This document shows, piece after piece, positions 9,911 through 21,640 of a stretch of DNA of 64,000 nt. Position 1 is the stretch's first letter; each line of letters begins with the position of its first letter. Source of the DNA: Zygnema circumcarinatum SAG 698-1b (taxonomy: Eukaryota > Plantae > Zygnematophyceae); assembly GCA_037447605.1 (NCBI GenBank), contig CM074815.1, positions 1 through 64,000 on the forward strand. The letters are read 5' to 3'. The position numbers were made by a program, and so were the translations under genes. The notes beneath the pieces are model-generated. The model was not told the DNA's origin and did no database searches. It saw nothing but the letters and a program-made list of their open reading frames with translations.

Positions 9911-12804
9911 CTGCGCCTCCCAGTACAAGTTGATGAGCTCCTGGCGTCGTTAGTTGCCTCAGACTTCCATGTGTGTTGGACCCCAGTCACCCGCGCGCTC
10001 GAGGTATTCATGACGGGAAGCCGGTCCTTCTCACAATGCGGTGGGCTTGAATGGTTTGACTTCATCTTTTCAAAATTACACCTTCAAAACCCACTGGTCA
10101 AGAGGTGAGTTGGGATTCCTTCCAGATAGATGCAGTGAGTCTTTCGCAAGCAGGCGTGAAGACCGAATGGCCCCTTCATGTGGGATGGTAGTGCCGGCCT
10201 GTAAGCGACGTGGTTGATTGGGGCTCCCGACCTGAAAGGTCCGATGGAGCGGGCCGCGGCCTGCGGTGTTCCACCATGAGCTTAGGTGTGGGTCACGTAC
10301 TTAGCAGAGCACCTCATCAGCCTTCATTGAATGCTGAGTTGGGTGCAGTGGCAGTCCACATCAGCTTTTGTGAGCGGCTGGGCCGCTCGCAGGCCTTCAT
10401 CCTGTAGCGCCTCGGCATTCATCGGACAAAGCCTGGCTTATCAACTTAGATCCCATAGGTGCCTCTCAGCTTCCAAGGTCGAGGTTTCTGTGGGCCATCA
10501 TGTTGGCGATCGGCTAGCCCCTTGGTTGCAGGGGATTTAGAGGATGCTGGCCAAAGTTCAGGAAGAAAGGGGTGGTACCAATGGACTCCTGGTAAGCATT
10601 ATTGATGGCATACTCAGCCACTGGGAGCAGTTCGTCCCACCCATCCGGGGTAGGTCCCACATAATGCCGGAGGTAATCCTCCAGGATCCTGTTCACCCGT
10701 TCCGTCTGGCCATCGGTTTGCGGGTGGAAAGCTGTACTCAACGCCTGCTTGGTCCCAACGATTTTGAGCACTTCCGTCCAAAAATGGCCGGTGAATCGTG
10801 GATCACGGTCAGACACAATTTCTGACTGAAGACCATGCTGGCTCCACACTTTGTCAACATACAACCGTGCAATCTCGTCGGCCCCAGCGGTCTTAGTAGT
10901 TGGTGCAAAATGCACCATCTTGCTGAGCCGATCGACAAAGACGAGGATGGAGTCATGCCCCCGAGGTGTCACAGGAAGATCTGTGATCAAGTCCGTACCC
11001 GCGCTGCATTGCAAAGGGAGTGTGAGGGGTTAGCTGCAGGGATCCTGCAATCCAGGTTTTGTTCGTGACAAGTGGGAAGGCGACTACGTCGCTTCAGCAT
11101 CCTCGAAAGTCAGCCAGAACTCTCGAGGCGTGCTCGCGGGTTTGGCAGCCCCCGTGTGACCTCGATCGGGTCATGGCTCGCCGGAGTGGATCAGGTGGTC
11201 CGGCCTTGGGCACGACCAACTGCTGGCCGTGGTACCAGAATCCGTCCTTAGACACCACTTTGTCCTTATAGCCATTACCTTGGCCATCCAGGAACAAAGG
11301 ATCACCAGCATACCCCTCCCGAATCATCTGTCTGAGATCAGAGAGAGCAGGAGGGCCGACTGCGTCGCTGGCGCAGGGATCTATGACAAAGCATGCTGGA
11401 GGACGGACTCGATGGCAAGCCACTCACCTGTCGTGTGGATACCTCAACACTGGAGTCAACGAGCGCACCAGTGGCAGGGTGCCGACTGCCTCTCAGTGGG
11501 TCTGCTACTTTCAGCCTTCCGGGCCGATAAACCCACTGGCAGTCAAACCTTTGGAGGAACTCAGACCAGCGTGCCTGCCGCCTAGACAGGGTCTGTTGGG
11601 TTGAGAGGAACGTTAGCGCGGCGGTGGTCACTGACCAGCGTGACCGCTTTCGCCCCCTCTAAATAGCACCGCCATGTCCTCAAGGCGTGGACCGCTGCGA
11701 GCGGTCCTGTCTGTTGCACAATGGTTAGGCTCCGCGGGATTCATTTTGCAAGAGCTTCGTGTGCCGATTGGCATCCTGAAACAAGCGACAACCGGCAACG
11801 AACCCCGAACATCACAAACCACTTCATAAGGCTTGGACGGGGACCGGCTGAGCAAAAAATCAGTGCGTAACGGGCGTGGCGCACGCCTTCGGATGAGTCC
11901 CTCACATTCGGGTCCACTGTAAAAGGACGCCGACGTACCGGGGCTTCACAAGACAGCCCGGTTTGCTAAACCCTTCAAATGAACTTACAAAAATAATTCG
12001 CAAAGCCCAGAAAAGACCTCACCTGGTGCAAGTCAGTCGGTGGCGCCCAAGTTTCTACCGCGGAAACTTTGGCAGGATCAGGTCGAAGACCCTGATCATT
12101 GAGGATATGCCCAAGATAAAGCAACTCACGTTGCATGAAGTGACACTTCTTCCTCTTGGCATAAAATTGGTGCTTCCTCAGGGTCTCAAACACTTTCGAA
12201 CGTGAGGAGTGACATCCTCTGTCTTCCTGGAGACAAGGATGTGGTGGAGGTGAGCCAAAACAAACTCGTCATGCAAAATGGAGCATTCCGTCATGGCAGC
12301 CTGGAAGATTGCGAGCATTCAGGGTCAATGCAAAGGCAATGCCTATCTGGAAATGACCAAATCGCATCCAGAAAAACACATTTTGGCACGTGAGCTTCCG
12401 TGACACACGATCTGATGGCTGTTCCACCTAGGCATGATGCAATGAAGTAAACACTCTCAGCAACCGTGAAGGCGATCGCAGACATGATGCGGTAAAGCAA
12501 AACGGTTCTTTATGGTGATCTTGTTGAGTGCGCGATAATCAATGCACATCCTTAACGAACCATCTTTCTTCCCAACAAACAAGATGGGCGCCCCAAAGGG
12601 GCTCTGACTGGGTTCTATCCAGCCCTTTTCACGTAAAGTTGCCAACTGCTTTCGCATCTCCTCGGTTTCTTTCGGGCTTAACCGATAGATCGGCCGCCAA
12701 GGCGGCTTTTGCTCAGGCTCAAGAGGGATTGTGTGCCCCACTCCTCTAGATGGTGGCAACCCTCTTGGAAGGTCGTCAGGGAAAACATCCCTGAACTCAT
12801 CCAA
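9911..12804 (-). pseudogene. Ty3/gypsy pol (RT-RNaseH-integrase-chromodomain) with frameshifts, stops and a destroyed RT active site
   Basis: RT segments [27 protein letters not shown]...[32 protein letters not shown] and FETLRKHQFYAKRKKC...YLGHI...RSFLGFANY. Integrase core DLITDLP...VDRLSKMVHF...IVSDRDPRF...STAFHPQTDGQTERVNRILEDYLR, then IGPF...INHVAYRPALP. The YLDD position reads HLHH (12241-12252). Confidence 0.92.
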
Positions 12805-13120
12805 NNNNNNNNNNAGGACATGGGAGGTGTTTCCCATGACATGGCACATTGCATGAGAACATCATCGCCCATGACATTGAGGATAAAGACATGCCAATCA
12901 CCATTCATCACGACATCCATAAACCCAGAAGGAGTCACTACAGTGGCAGGGGAAAGAGAAATGGAAGAAGGGAGTACATCAAACACAAAGAGATCTTGCA
13001 CTCCCAAAGGCCTGTCCACCAAGTTAAGAATGTCCAGGGTTCTAAGAAACAAGAGTCTTTTATCCCTGATGGCAGCCCCATTCCCTCCCCCTAGCCTAGC
13101 ATGTCCACCAGCAACGACCC

Positions 13121-14050
13121 CTAAGCTGCTGGTGGGTTGGGGTTTTCCGGCCCCTTGCCCTTCTTGTCCTTGGTGTTCAGAGGGCAATCACGGGCCTTGT
13201 GCCCCTCCTTGCGGCAGCGGAAACACTTGTTCTCCCGCTGCATCTTCTCCATTTCCTCTGGAGTCAACTTCTGCGGCCGTGCAGTGGGTGGGCGGGCAGC
13301 CACTTCCGGCTGCTTCCGCTTGTTCTTTCCTGCCAGTTTGGCAGGAGCTGAGGGTCCCGCCTTCCACGACCCTGTCACGTCGCCCGACCTCTGCTGGGGT
13401 CCGGAAGGGCCTGCATTGCCTGCAGGGGCGGTGTCCAACTGAATGGCTGCATCAAAGTACAGCTTAGAGTGAGCGGGGTCCCACGGTTTCAGAGTCCGTG
13501 GGTTAGTTCTCAGCTGCTTCCTCAGGTGTGGCTTCAAGCCATTCCTGAAGTGGAAAAAGAACTCAGCCTGTCCAGGCTTGTGAGTGGTGATTTGGGGCAC
13601 CACTTGTCGCAGGTCTCGCAGAAACTGCTTGACGCTGCCGGTTTGGACCATGTTCTGAAACTTATCCCGGGCCTCCAAGCCGGGATCCAAGGCCCCAAAG
13701 TGTTTGATAAGTTCATCTCTGAACTTATCCCAATCGTCCCCAATCTCATCAGAGAGGCCCTCATACACACGGTATGCGGCTCCTCTGAGTGCTGGGTAAG
13801 CAAAGCTTACCCACTGGAGGGGGGGACAGTTGGTCGCAAGAAGGTAACCCTTCGTTTGACCCAACCACTGCTCAATCGAGCAGTCCGTGGTAGGATGTTC
13901 GCCCCAAAAGGAAAGAGGGGCCACCTTGGCCCGATTCCGTCGGGCATCCTCAGTAGGTTGCGGGGGAGCAGTCCGAGGACTGGGATCTCCTCCGCCCCCA
14001 GCAGCTGCCCCCGACGGGGGTCCCCCACTGCTGGGTGGTTCGCCACCCCC
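13121..14050 (-). CDS. Retrotransposon Gag (capsid plus zinc knuckle), open from the N-gap to its stop
   Basis: Retrotrans-gag-like FRDELIKHFG...EARDKFQNMVQTGSVKQF...FRNGLKPHLR, and the CCHC knuckle CFRCRKEGHKARDC. The frame stays open upstream of the listed ORF as far as the gap at 14051. Confidence 0.9.
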   Translation of the reverse strand, partial: GGGEPPSSGGPPSGAAAGGGGDPSPRTAPPQPTEDARRNRAKVAPLSFWGEHPTTDCSIEQWLGQTKGYLLATNCPPLQWVSFAYPALRGAAYRVYEGLSDEIGDDWDKFRDELIKHFGALDPGLEARDKFQNMVQTGSVKQFLRDLRQVVPQITTHKPGQAEFFFHFRNGLKPHLRKQLRTNPRTLKPWDPAHSKLYFDAAIQLDTAPAGNAGPSGPQQRSGDVTGSWKAGPSAPAKLAGKNKRKQPEVAARPPTARPQKLTPEEMEKMQRENKCFRCRKEGHKARDCPLNTKDKKGKGPENPNPPAA

Positions 14051-14285
14051 NNNNNNNNNNAGCCAACACTATGTCCACACCATGCATGACCGTCAATGCT
14101 CGTCATATTTCCCTTTGCCAGTCTTGGCCTCCGGAGTTGCTCAGTAAAGCAAAGCAATGGGCAGCCCATAGATGAGAGGGCAAGAATGCGCCAACGATGG
14201 GGCCAGCCTTCCTCATACAAGTGGCATCCAACACGACGACAGGACAAGCTAAATTGCAGATTCAAGGGGAAGCGTCCGAACGCAC

Positions 14286-16681
14286 CCAATGCCGAGAGAT
14301 GAATTTGCCATTATGAAGTGTGGGATGGAGTGATTGCTCCGCCCAAGGCCCATGAGACCGTCTATAGCATCGTACACAGTCCAGCCCTCCCCGTTGTAGA
14401 ATATTCCAGTTTGGCGATTGCCACATCTGCATGTATGAGAAGGAAGAAACATTCAAACAGAAAAAAACGAAACTTGTGAACACACTGCAGGCTTTTCGTA
14501 ATGCATACAATGTTCGGACCTGATACGATACACTTGCAAGCGAAAGCATATCCCTATTCATGAACTTCACCTCCCGGGGAAATTCGCCAGGTTTTGGGCT
14601 GGAAGTGAACGTGGGGTTGACAAATTCTCGCACTGCAATATTTGGCTCTGAATTAAAGCACAGCTAGAAAAATCCGACTAAAAACACACCATATGTTGCA
14701 GGAAAGTACGTAAAAGAGACGTTTTAAGACGGCCGCATTAGTTACGATGGCCACACCCAATAGTGCCTCCAAGCGACCTGACAACAGAAAGGTAGTGGTC
14801 TCCAAAAAATTACAGGACCCAAGTTGAAACAAACAAACAAGAAACTTTTCTTAATCAAAACGAATAGGCAGAGAGAAAGAAAAGAGGAGTACTAAATGCA
14901 TCTTAAAATTTAGAAAATGAGTTTTTTAAGGAGTGGAGCGAAGCGAGTACCCAAAGACGACACGAGTTGGCACCCGCTGGGAACTATTCTTCAATGTCAG
15001 CCAGAATTCCTCCTCAATAAGTGTGCCGGATGTCGCGGTGCCGCCCGACAAGTAGCCGGCCTGATACGCGCACCGACCACTTTTGCACGGAAGGGCCGGG
15101 CTGTTGAGGTTGGTGTAGAACTCGCTCTGACTGACGTTGCAGTACGGAGAGGTGCACGATACTTCTTTCCACGTGGACGATTTTTCAGAGTCGTAAGGCG
15201 AGCTAAGTTGCTGCCATCGCGACACCCCAGGGTTGATGAGTAGGCTGGCACTTCACAAGAAGAGAAACAATAGTTCTTTTTTAAGAAGTAAAATGTAAAA
15301 AGGGGCCAAGGAAAGTAAATTGCTTGAAAGAACGTTCTGCAGTTCCTTCTGGATTTAGGAGTTTGCTCTGGGCAGGAAAGAGTACCACTTTTAAAAGATG
15401 CGAACTCATTCTCAGCATTCCTTTAAGACAAAACGGCGACTGTGAATGACCCAAATGAGCTTGCAAAGGACCCTGAGCCGCCATTTATGTGCTCGGGTGA
15501 GCAATTTCAGCATAACTAAGAACAGGAAACCCAAACGTGGGCAATCGAAGAAAGTCACACTTAAGAAAGGACAGAGAGGACAAATGTGACTCCGACGCTG
15601 CTGCGTACACATTTCCGGCGACTGGGACGCTGAAATACGTCTGCTTGTTACTGGCGACCTCTGACTGGGTGCAAAGCTGCTAGCAAAACGAGAATAGTAT
15701 ATGAACGGACACGCAGCTCGCTGGAAATAACGTTTGCTTGCTTCACATGCATTCGGTGATATCGCTCTTTCTCAACCGAAACTCTGCTCCCGATTTTCAT
15801 GCGTGCGAGATGAGCCTGCCTACGCAGAGTCAGCCTGTAAAATTGGAAGAGCGGGTTCTTGGGAAGACTGCTGCACCTGCACTCTTGACGAGGTGCATGC
15901 GTCACACGGCTGGCAATTGACCCACGTTAGGACACTGCCAGTGTCCAAAGCGACGTTGAAGGTTTGCTCAGGAGTGCCGAGAGCGATCATCGCTCGGTAG
16001 AGCCTGTTTGGGCCACACTATTGCAAGGTTAATGCGAGCTTCAAATCGATAGTTTTCTGGTGAAGAAAATCATCGAATAGGATAGTACACACACAGGCTA
16101 GTGTACATGCAAGAGTAGATAGCCTCTCTTTCTTCTCATAAAACCGTCCTTGAAAATAATTTCTAACGGCTTGAGCAGCAGCGTTAGTGTTTCTCCGTGG
16201 CGTACCCGGTGGGATAAACATTTCCCTGCATCGGAAGAAGCGACGAAGTGCTTTTCTGGCCCGTGGCCAACACCTCCCTCGCAAGAAAGTCAGGAAAAGC
16301 TTCCACCTCCGCTCCGCTCGTTCGGCGGTGCCGCCGCGAGCGCCGCGTCTGCCCGTGGCGCATGGCGTCGCGAGTGGCGAGCAACTTGTGGAACCTCCCG
16401 TCGCTCATTGTAAGGCCAAGCTTGCTCAGAGCCTCCGCGTTGAAGCTGTGATGGAGCTCGAAAAACGCGCCGCGACCTTCTCCAGAGTGGGTTGAAGCGG
16501 CTGCAAGAGAGTCAGCATCCCGCAGAGAAAACTCGGCCGAAGGACTGTGGAAGTAGGACCTGTATGGCTCTGCGGAGACATCTGCGAGAAGGGAGAGGAG
16601 ACACGCCAGGCTGAGGGCCAGAGTGCTGCGGAGCGGCCGCCCTCTGCCTCTGAGGCTAGGCGAGGCGTAGACCATGGCCAT
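14286..16681 (-). CDS. Pepsin-family (A1) aspartic protease, nucellin/ASP1/A36-like; only the N-terminal lobe is visible
   Basis: Hydrophobic signal segment LALSLACLLSLLADVSA, then MQGNVYPTG|LYRAMIALGTPEQTFNVALDTGSVLTWVNCQPCDAC (catalytic DTGS), PYDSEKSSTWKEVSC...CAYQAGYL...RVVFG|CGNRQTG...DGLMGLGR. Exons 16206-16681, 15877-16003, 14951-15210 and 14286-14426 are phase-consistent. The second catalytic Asp was not found. Confidence 0.92.
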
Positions 16682-17406
16682 AGCCGCAGGCGACGAGGCC
16701 AACCTCTGCCTACGATTCAGCGGATACAGATGCGGCACCGCAAGCACGCAACGAGCAAGCGAGCAGGCAAGGAGGCCGAAAGCACACGAAGCCGCGAGCA
16801 GGTAGGTCAGGCGGCCGCCGCCGTACGGCACCCCCTTTATTCCGTACGCGTTAGATACGATATGGTACAGTACAGTACGGCCGGCAGGACGGAGGCTGCG
16901 ATGCGATTTCATGCCATGCCATGCCATCCGGGGGCGGGAGCGGGGACACTCGCATTCATCATGACGTGACGTGATGTGACATGAATTGCAGGGAAGCCCC
17001 GAGGGCGGGGCGGGGCGGGGCGGGGGGGCGGCTCCATGGACTGCAGTTTCAACGGCGGTCGCTGTCGCGGTCGCAAGGGCGGCCGGGCGGTCGGGCTCCA
17101 TGAGGGCGCCGACGTGGCGCCTGTGGGCAGCAGGTTGACTTTCGGTTGTACGGTACCGTACCCAACTCTCGGCTTGGTCGTGCCTCGCGCGGTACGGCGG
17201 CTGGCTAGGCGGGCTGGGACGGGATACAGTACTGAAGGAATTGGGACCGACCGAGCGAGCGAGCGAGCGAGGAGGGGGCGAGGGAGGGCCCGGCCCGCCT
17301 CGCCTCGCCTCGCCTCGCGTCGCGTCGCATTGACGGGACATCATCGCATTGTGCGAGCGTGCGGGTGTGCATATGTTCAGGCTGGCGAGCTGCTTGGCTT
17401 GGGATA

Positions 17407-17441
<35 letters not shown>

Positions 17442-17466
17442 GCGGGCGGGACTGATTGAAAGCGCC

Positions 17467-19087
17467 ATGGCAAGGCCTGCGCGCGCGGCGCTCCTGCTTC
17501 TGCTTGTGTGCGCGGGCCACCTAGTTTCCACGCATGTTCACGCCGCTCCCAGTAATCGCCTCACTCTGCTGGCTTTTCAGATTTTTTGGGTATTTATGGA
17601 TTTAGAGCTTCCGGAGCTGCAGGACTGCGATCAGAAGCATGCTTTGCGGACTGTAAATTTGAACGCAGTCGAAATATTTTTTAGCGGAAATGTGTTCACC
17701 ACCTGTCAGACGTTTCTTTTCTTGTGCGTTCCGTGTCGCACTTCCCGCGTGCGCAGTCATTGGCGGTTGTCGGTACAAGAGGTGAGGTCATCAGGAAAGT
17801 AGATGCTGAAACCACCTGTGCCTGACTGAACTTCTTTTTCCAGCTATCACTGTGTTGCAGGAACGGCGCCCTGTTCAAGAGGCTCCGGCTAAATCGGATG
17901 GTTTCGCAGCAGAGGATGCTGGAAGGTTTGAAACTAATGAAAAAAAGTCAGAGGCAACGTTTGGAAGACAAACAAATGCTGACAATAATGAGTCTTGGAT
18001 GGAGAAAGTGGATGGCTATGAAGATGCCGTTGCAGAAGAACGGGTGACCGAGGATACGGAACCTGTTACACATGATTATGTTGAGGCTTCAAAAAGATGG
18101 AACGTCCGCGAAACCCATCCGGGTTCTGCAGCTGAAATCGGCGGAGATACTGAGCGGTGCCTAAGGAAGGCCAGTGACTTCGCTACTGCATCCGAGGACG
18201 GCGAGGGCGTGAAGGTCGAGTTTAAGGGGGAATTCGGTTTTGAGCTGATGGCAGTGATTCCTTTCGCTTACTTTCACTTTCTCAACGGAAGCCTGTCATT
18301 GACAGTCACTTGTGGCGATCCCTCCGTGTCGCTCTACTACTGGTTCAGTCCGAACCACCGCCATGACTTCAGCTGCCAGCGGGACGACCAGAAGAACGAC
18401 ATCAGTCCGTACGGGTGGGCGGGGGGCCTGCACTGGAGCAGCATCCCCGAAGCGTGGTTCCCGCCGCCCCTCGCGGGACGCTTCCGCGAATGGGGGAAGG
18501 CCTGGCTGGATGTTCCATCCGGGGCAAAGTTTGTCATCATCTCCAACAAGTTCTCAAACGAGTGGGGGAGGGGTCCTCTGAACCTCATTGATCTTGTTAC
18601 CTTGCGCCGGTTGGTGGAGATGTTCGTCCAGGCAGACTACTATGTTTTGTACAACAGACCGGGAAACCTTCTGAAAGAGGATCCTTGGCAAGCCATGGAC
18701 CCCGACAAGCCGAACTCGAATCGCTTTGACGACTACAGAGTTATTCGCAAGCTCTACTTGACTGAACCGTACGGAAAGCGAGTGAGGCTTATGCAAGACC
18801 TTCAAGACAGCCATCCGAGTGGGGTTTCATTCAATGAGATCCAACTGCGAGCAATGTCGCGAAGCAAGTGTTTTGTTAGTGTCCAGGGAGGCAACAGTAT
18901 CCTTTCCAGCTATTTTGGCGGCACCAATATTGTCTTTGTGAGACGGGGTTTGGAGCTTCATGGCAAAGCGTATAATCGCTTGTACACGCGTTTGTCGGGT
19001 GCAAAGGTCATAGTTGCCCGGAACTACAGAAGATTAATTCATCTTGTGCAGCAAATGATCCATAGAGAGGACTGTGCAGCGATTTAG
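17467..19087 (+). CDS. Secreted or type-II membrane protein with an acidic stem and an intronless, putatively glycosyltransferase-like (bacterial/viral-type) C-terminal domain
   Basis: Signal or anchor MARPARAALLLLLVCAGHLVSTHVHA. Exon(s) 17467-17652 (an optional in-frame 54-nt intron at 17552-17605) splice in phase 0 to a 1.2-kb exon at 17861-19087. Motifs: FKGEFGFELMAVIPFAY, IISNKFSNEW, VLYNRP, NEIQLRAMSRSKCFVSVQGGNSILSSYFGG. Confidence 0.75.
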
Positions 19088-20188
19088 GTTGCTCGTGTTG
19101 CTTGAGGACTTTTGATTGTAAATACCATGGACAGGCCGAAAGTCATGTAGCTCGATTATTTCAGGACTGGGATCAATGTGATAGTGATGACACGAGTCCT
19201 GTCTTTTGCCCTGTTCGTCTCAACGCGCAGAGTGCAGTGGAAGGCCACGTCAAGTCTGATGACGTTCGTTGCTGTCACTGGAAGACCGCAATGTCTTTCT
19301 CCGCGTCGAAGGAAAAGTAGAAGGTCCAGTATCACCATCAGGGTGCAGTGAGAAAAGCTGTCACATAGGGATCAACGACGTGCCGACAAATGCCTTTGTT
19401 TCCAGTGGCCCTCTCATTGTGCTGCTGACGACTTTGATGTGCAAACGGTCACAGGGCATAGCATGGCTTGTGTTTCGAGAGGGCAGCGTCAATGCGCGTG
19501 TCTGCACAATTTCTCCGATACAGACGTCGTGCGAAAATCCTACTGCAAAAAAAAAAAAAAAAACTTGTCGAAAGAAGTAGTAATTACATTCTGCTGCGGT
19601 TTACCGTCAGCCAAAATGACACACATCCCCTTGACTGGCCTTGAAGGATGGAGGGCTGTGATGGCCTTGCCACCCTCCGACCATGCCGACTCTACAGTAG
19701 CCATTTAAAACGTGCTGGCCACGTGGACGGCTGAGTGGATTGAACAGGACAACGAAAGACGGAGAAACACATTTGTTTCGTGTTTTTCTCCTTTCCATAA
19801 GTACAAGATACAGCAATATGGTACATTATTTTGCAGGACAGTTGGAAGGTGCCAACTGTAAAAGAATAGCCAAGGATATTCCTTGGAAAAAGCTATGTGA
19901 ACTTCTGCAACCCTAAACAAGACATGTAAGCAACAACTTTCTCGTGGCTGACGGGCATGTGCGGAGCCAGCCACGTGACAAGTGAAAACCACTTATTTTC
20001 TGCCTGAAGCCGGAGATGTAGAGGCATCAGGTTGTGGAGTTCGAATACAAGCTCGTAAAATACTAAGGGGGGGCGGACGGACGAGGGCGCCGTGAACAGC
20101 GCGTGCGCGTGCCGGGGTGGCCGGCAGCGCGCGCTGCAAAAAGTCAGAAGGGGGCGGGAGGGGGGGGGGGGGGGGGGGNNNNNNNNNN

Positions 20189-20228
<40 letters not shown>

Positions 20229-21590
20229 CAGGCAGTGGGTGACGGCGCAGCCGCGGCTTGCGACTGGGCCGCTCCGTCTGCAGGCTTCCCTCCCCTCTCC
20301 TTCTGCCGCCTCCCTCTGCCGGAGCGGGGTCTGCCCATTCCGCAGTGTTCTACGATCCAGGGGTGCACTGCAAACGACACAAGAAAGGGCGGTCAATAAA
20401 CGGCCAAGCGGACGCACGTTATCTCTCTACTGTACGCTGCCTCCCTCATCTTTCTATTCGCAGTTCTTAGCCGACACTTCCAATTATGAAGGCCTATTGA
20501 AAAAAGCAAGCTCCCCTCTTTTTAGAGGAAGTCAGGGCCTGGGGGGCCAGGGCGGCACAGACACAGAGAGAGAGGGTGAGAGAAAGAGGGGGGGAGGGAG
20601 GGAGAGGAGAATGGGGAGGGAGGGAGAGAGAGGAGAATGGGGGAGAGAAGGAGAGAGGGAGAGAGATTAAGGGGGAGGTGGGGGAGCGTGGCTAACCCTT
20701 GATCTGAGCGAGCGTGATCCGGCGAGTAACGTCCCTCGTGAGCATCTTGGCCACGAGGTCTGCGGCGCCGGGCGAGAGGGTCTGCCAAGCCTCCCCCGCG
20801 AGGTCGAGCTCGGCCGCCTCCACCGCGCGCAGAATGTCCTCCATCGCGTCGCCGGCGAAGGGCGGCTCCCCGCAGAGGAGGATGTGCAGGATCACGCCCA
20901 AACTCCAGATGTCCGCCTCCGGCCCGTATTCACCTTCCAGAACCTCGGGAGCCACGTAGTACCTGAAAATGGCAACTGTGTTAGACCGGCGCTGCTCCAG
21001 GAGGGAGTGAGGAAACGTCTGCAGGGGGAACTAACACTATCAATAAGTGCACAAGTGCACTTACGGAGTCCCGACGCATTCCGTAAGCTTTTCACCTGCA
21101 AGCACAACGCAAGCACAAACACAGAAGCCAAGAGGTCAGCATTTCAACGGCGCGTATGGGTGACCCGGACGCATCAGCGGTTGCTGCTGCTGCGAAACCG
21201 ATGCGGCGCGCGGGCACTAACCGGGCGTGAAGAAGGCGCAGTGGCCGAAGTCCGCGAGTTTGACGGCGGTGCGCGAGCCCGCGTGCAGGAGCAGCACGTT
21301 CTCGGGCTTCAGGTCGCGGTGCGCGATCCCCAGCGCGTGGCAGTGGCTCAGCGCCGACGCCAGCACGCGGCACACGACGGCCGCGTCCGCCTCCGCGTAC
21401 CGCCCCTCCGCCGCCACGCGGTCAAACAGGTCCCCCCCCCGGCACAGCTCCATCACCAGATGCACATCCTGCACCGCCCGAGAAGTACAGCATCAGAGCA
21501 GCCCAGCCTGTGCCACAACACGAACTTCTCAAGGACAGGCGGTCAACCACAGCCATGCTTTATCACGAATCGGGATCGACAGAAAGGAGT
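20189..21590 (-). repeat. Apparently identical 1.4-kb tandem copy of kinase exons 2-5, bounded by N-gaps (probable assembly duplication)
   Basis: Matches 21601-23002 at a constant offset of 1412 bp, including the same 39-G run. All ORFs are duplicated, exon 1 is missing, and both ends abut 10-N gaps. Confidence 0.9.
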
Positions 21591-21600
21591 NNNNNNNNNN

Positions 21601-21639
<39 letters not shown>

Positions 21640-21640
<1 letters not shown>

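Larger units (their letters stand above)
9712..14050 (-). mobile_element. Ty3/gypsy (chromovirus-type) LTR retrotransposon, degenerate; 5' end lost in an assembly gap
   Basis: Domain order on the - strand is gag (CCHC knuckle), RT, RNase H, integrase, GPF motif, chromodomain relic, then candidate PPT AGGGGGAGGAA (9714-9724) followed by TG. Two N-gaps, at 12805-12814 and 14051-14060. Confidence 0.93.

Noticed and set aside
14061-14285. Possible 5' LTR or PBS of the gypsy element
   Set aside because: No similarity to the sequence left of the PPT and no tRNA-complementary PBS; it reads as the protease intron.
16682-17473. The 429-aa ORF as the full first exon of the aspartic protease
   Set aside because: The upstream ~265 codons are SSR-rich promoter sequence; the ATG at 16681 directly precedes a signal-peptide-like segment.
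20150-20227. Very long poly-G runs as functional G-quadruplex elements
   Set aside because: They abut N-gaps and have identical length in both duplicated copies, so the true length is unreliable and may be a sequencing or assembly artefact.
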